NCBI RefSeq assembly: GCF_001194135.2
Contig: NC_069002.1
Span: 8,797,990 to 8,861,989, forward strand
From: Octopus bimaculoides
Taxonomy: Eukaryota
Direction of reading: 5' to 3'
Length of the DNA: 64,000 bases
Shown here piece after piece: positions 63,321 to 64,000 of this stretch. Below the pieces are notes generated by a model that saw only the letters and a list, made by a program, of their open reading frames with translations, did no database searches and had not been told where the DNA came from. Position 1 is the stretch's first letter, and every line of letters starts with the position of its first letter. The position numbers were made by a program, and so were the translations under genes.

Positions 63321-64000
63321 TCACGTTAAAATGTTTATCGTAAATATGCTGTTTGTTTAATTATTTCTTTTCTAATCCATGACTTTGAAATTTCATCGGA
63401 GTTGGACCTTGTCCCAACTCATATCAGCACGATCCAAATATGGAATATTGATACAAGAAGACAAGGAAATCTGCTGTAAATCGACATGGAAGCATCATTC
63501 GGCAATTTACTTGGCTTATTTCAGGATATTTCCAGCAGTTTCTGATGTTCTGAAATTACTATTTCTTCAACCTGCAGGCTTATATTTTTACTTACGAACG
63601 CTAGATTAGCTTATCTAATTTTATTACAGTGTGTGTGTGTCTGTGTCTGTGTCTGTATGTGCGTGTGTGTGTTTCATCTACGTCTGTATACATTCATACA
63701 CATACATCTATGTTTGTATACAGACACGCGCACACACACACATGCACACGCACACAAATGCACACATATACACGTCCACACACACGTACATACATACGCA
63801 GCATAAACTCACACATATATATATAAAGCTATTACACCTATACGTGTACTTGTCTAAGAATCTACATAGTTATGTATATGTATACATGCACGTATGCATG
63901 TATGTGTGTAGGTATGTATACATTAACGTGTGCATCTATGTATGTATGAATGTATATATGAATGCATGCATGTGTGCATCTTAGTATGTATGTAGGGATT

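Noticed and set aside
63379-63609. 76-aa ORF with faint likeness (LSQLI..RSKY) to Penelope-type RT C-termini
   Set aside because: Too few matching residues to support a call without a search

Overview
AT-rich eukaryotic DNA, almost entirely non-coding. About 8 kb is N gaps, most of them flanked by microsatellites. The repeat landscape points by inference to an octopus (coleoid cephalopod) genome: dense (TA)n/(TG)n/(TATG)n/(AGAT)n tracts and several tRNA-headed SINE families. I recognise no intact host protein-coding gene, and nearly all long ORFs in the track are microsatellite or gap read-throughs. Supported features are dozens of SINE copies from at least three families (some with target-site duplications), two CR1-type LINE remnants, an L1/Tx1-type 3' end, a decayed hAT (Buster/ZBED5-like) transposase and two internally deleted mariner elements. 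Three structures are not explained by those repeats. (1) A colinear inverted paralogous pair, about 24.7-28.3 kb versus 51.4-57.2 kb, carries different SINE insertions yet keeps a 160-bp core with one mismatch, plus shared octamer, TEAD-like and YY1-like motifs, which suggests duplicated convergent promoters. (2) A smaller diverged fold-back (2.7-4.2 kb) has a SINE at its axis and a 30-nt microexon or recursive-splice signature in one arm. (3) Several minimal type I hammerhead-ribozyme motifs of the Penelope-like kind are present, one nearly intact and embedded in a perfect hairpin at 58.1-58.2 kb. All alignments and folds were done by eye, and most boundaries are approximate.
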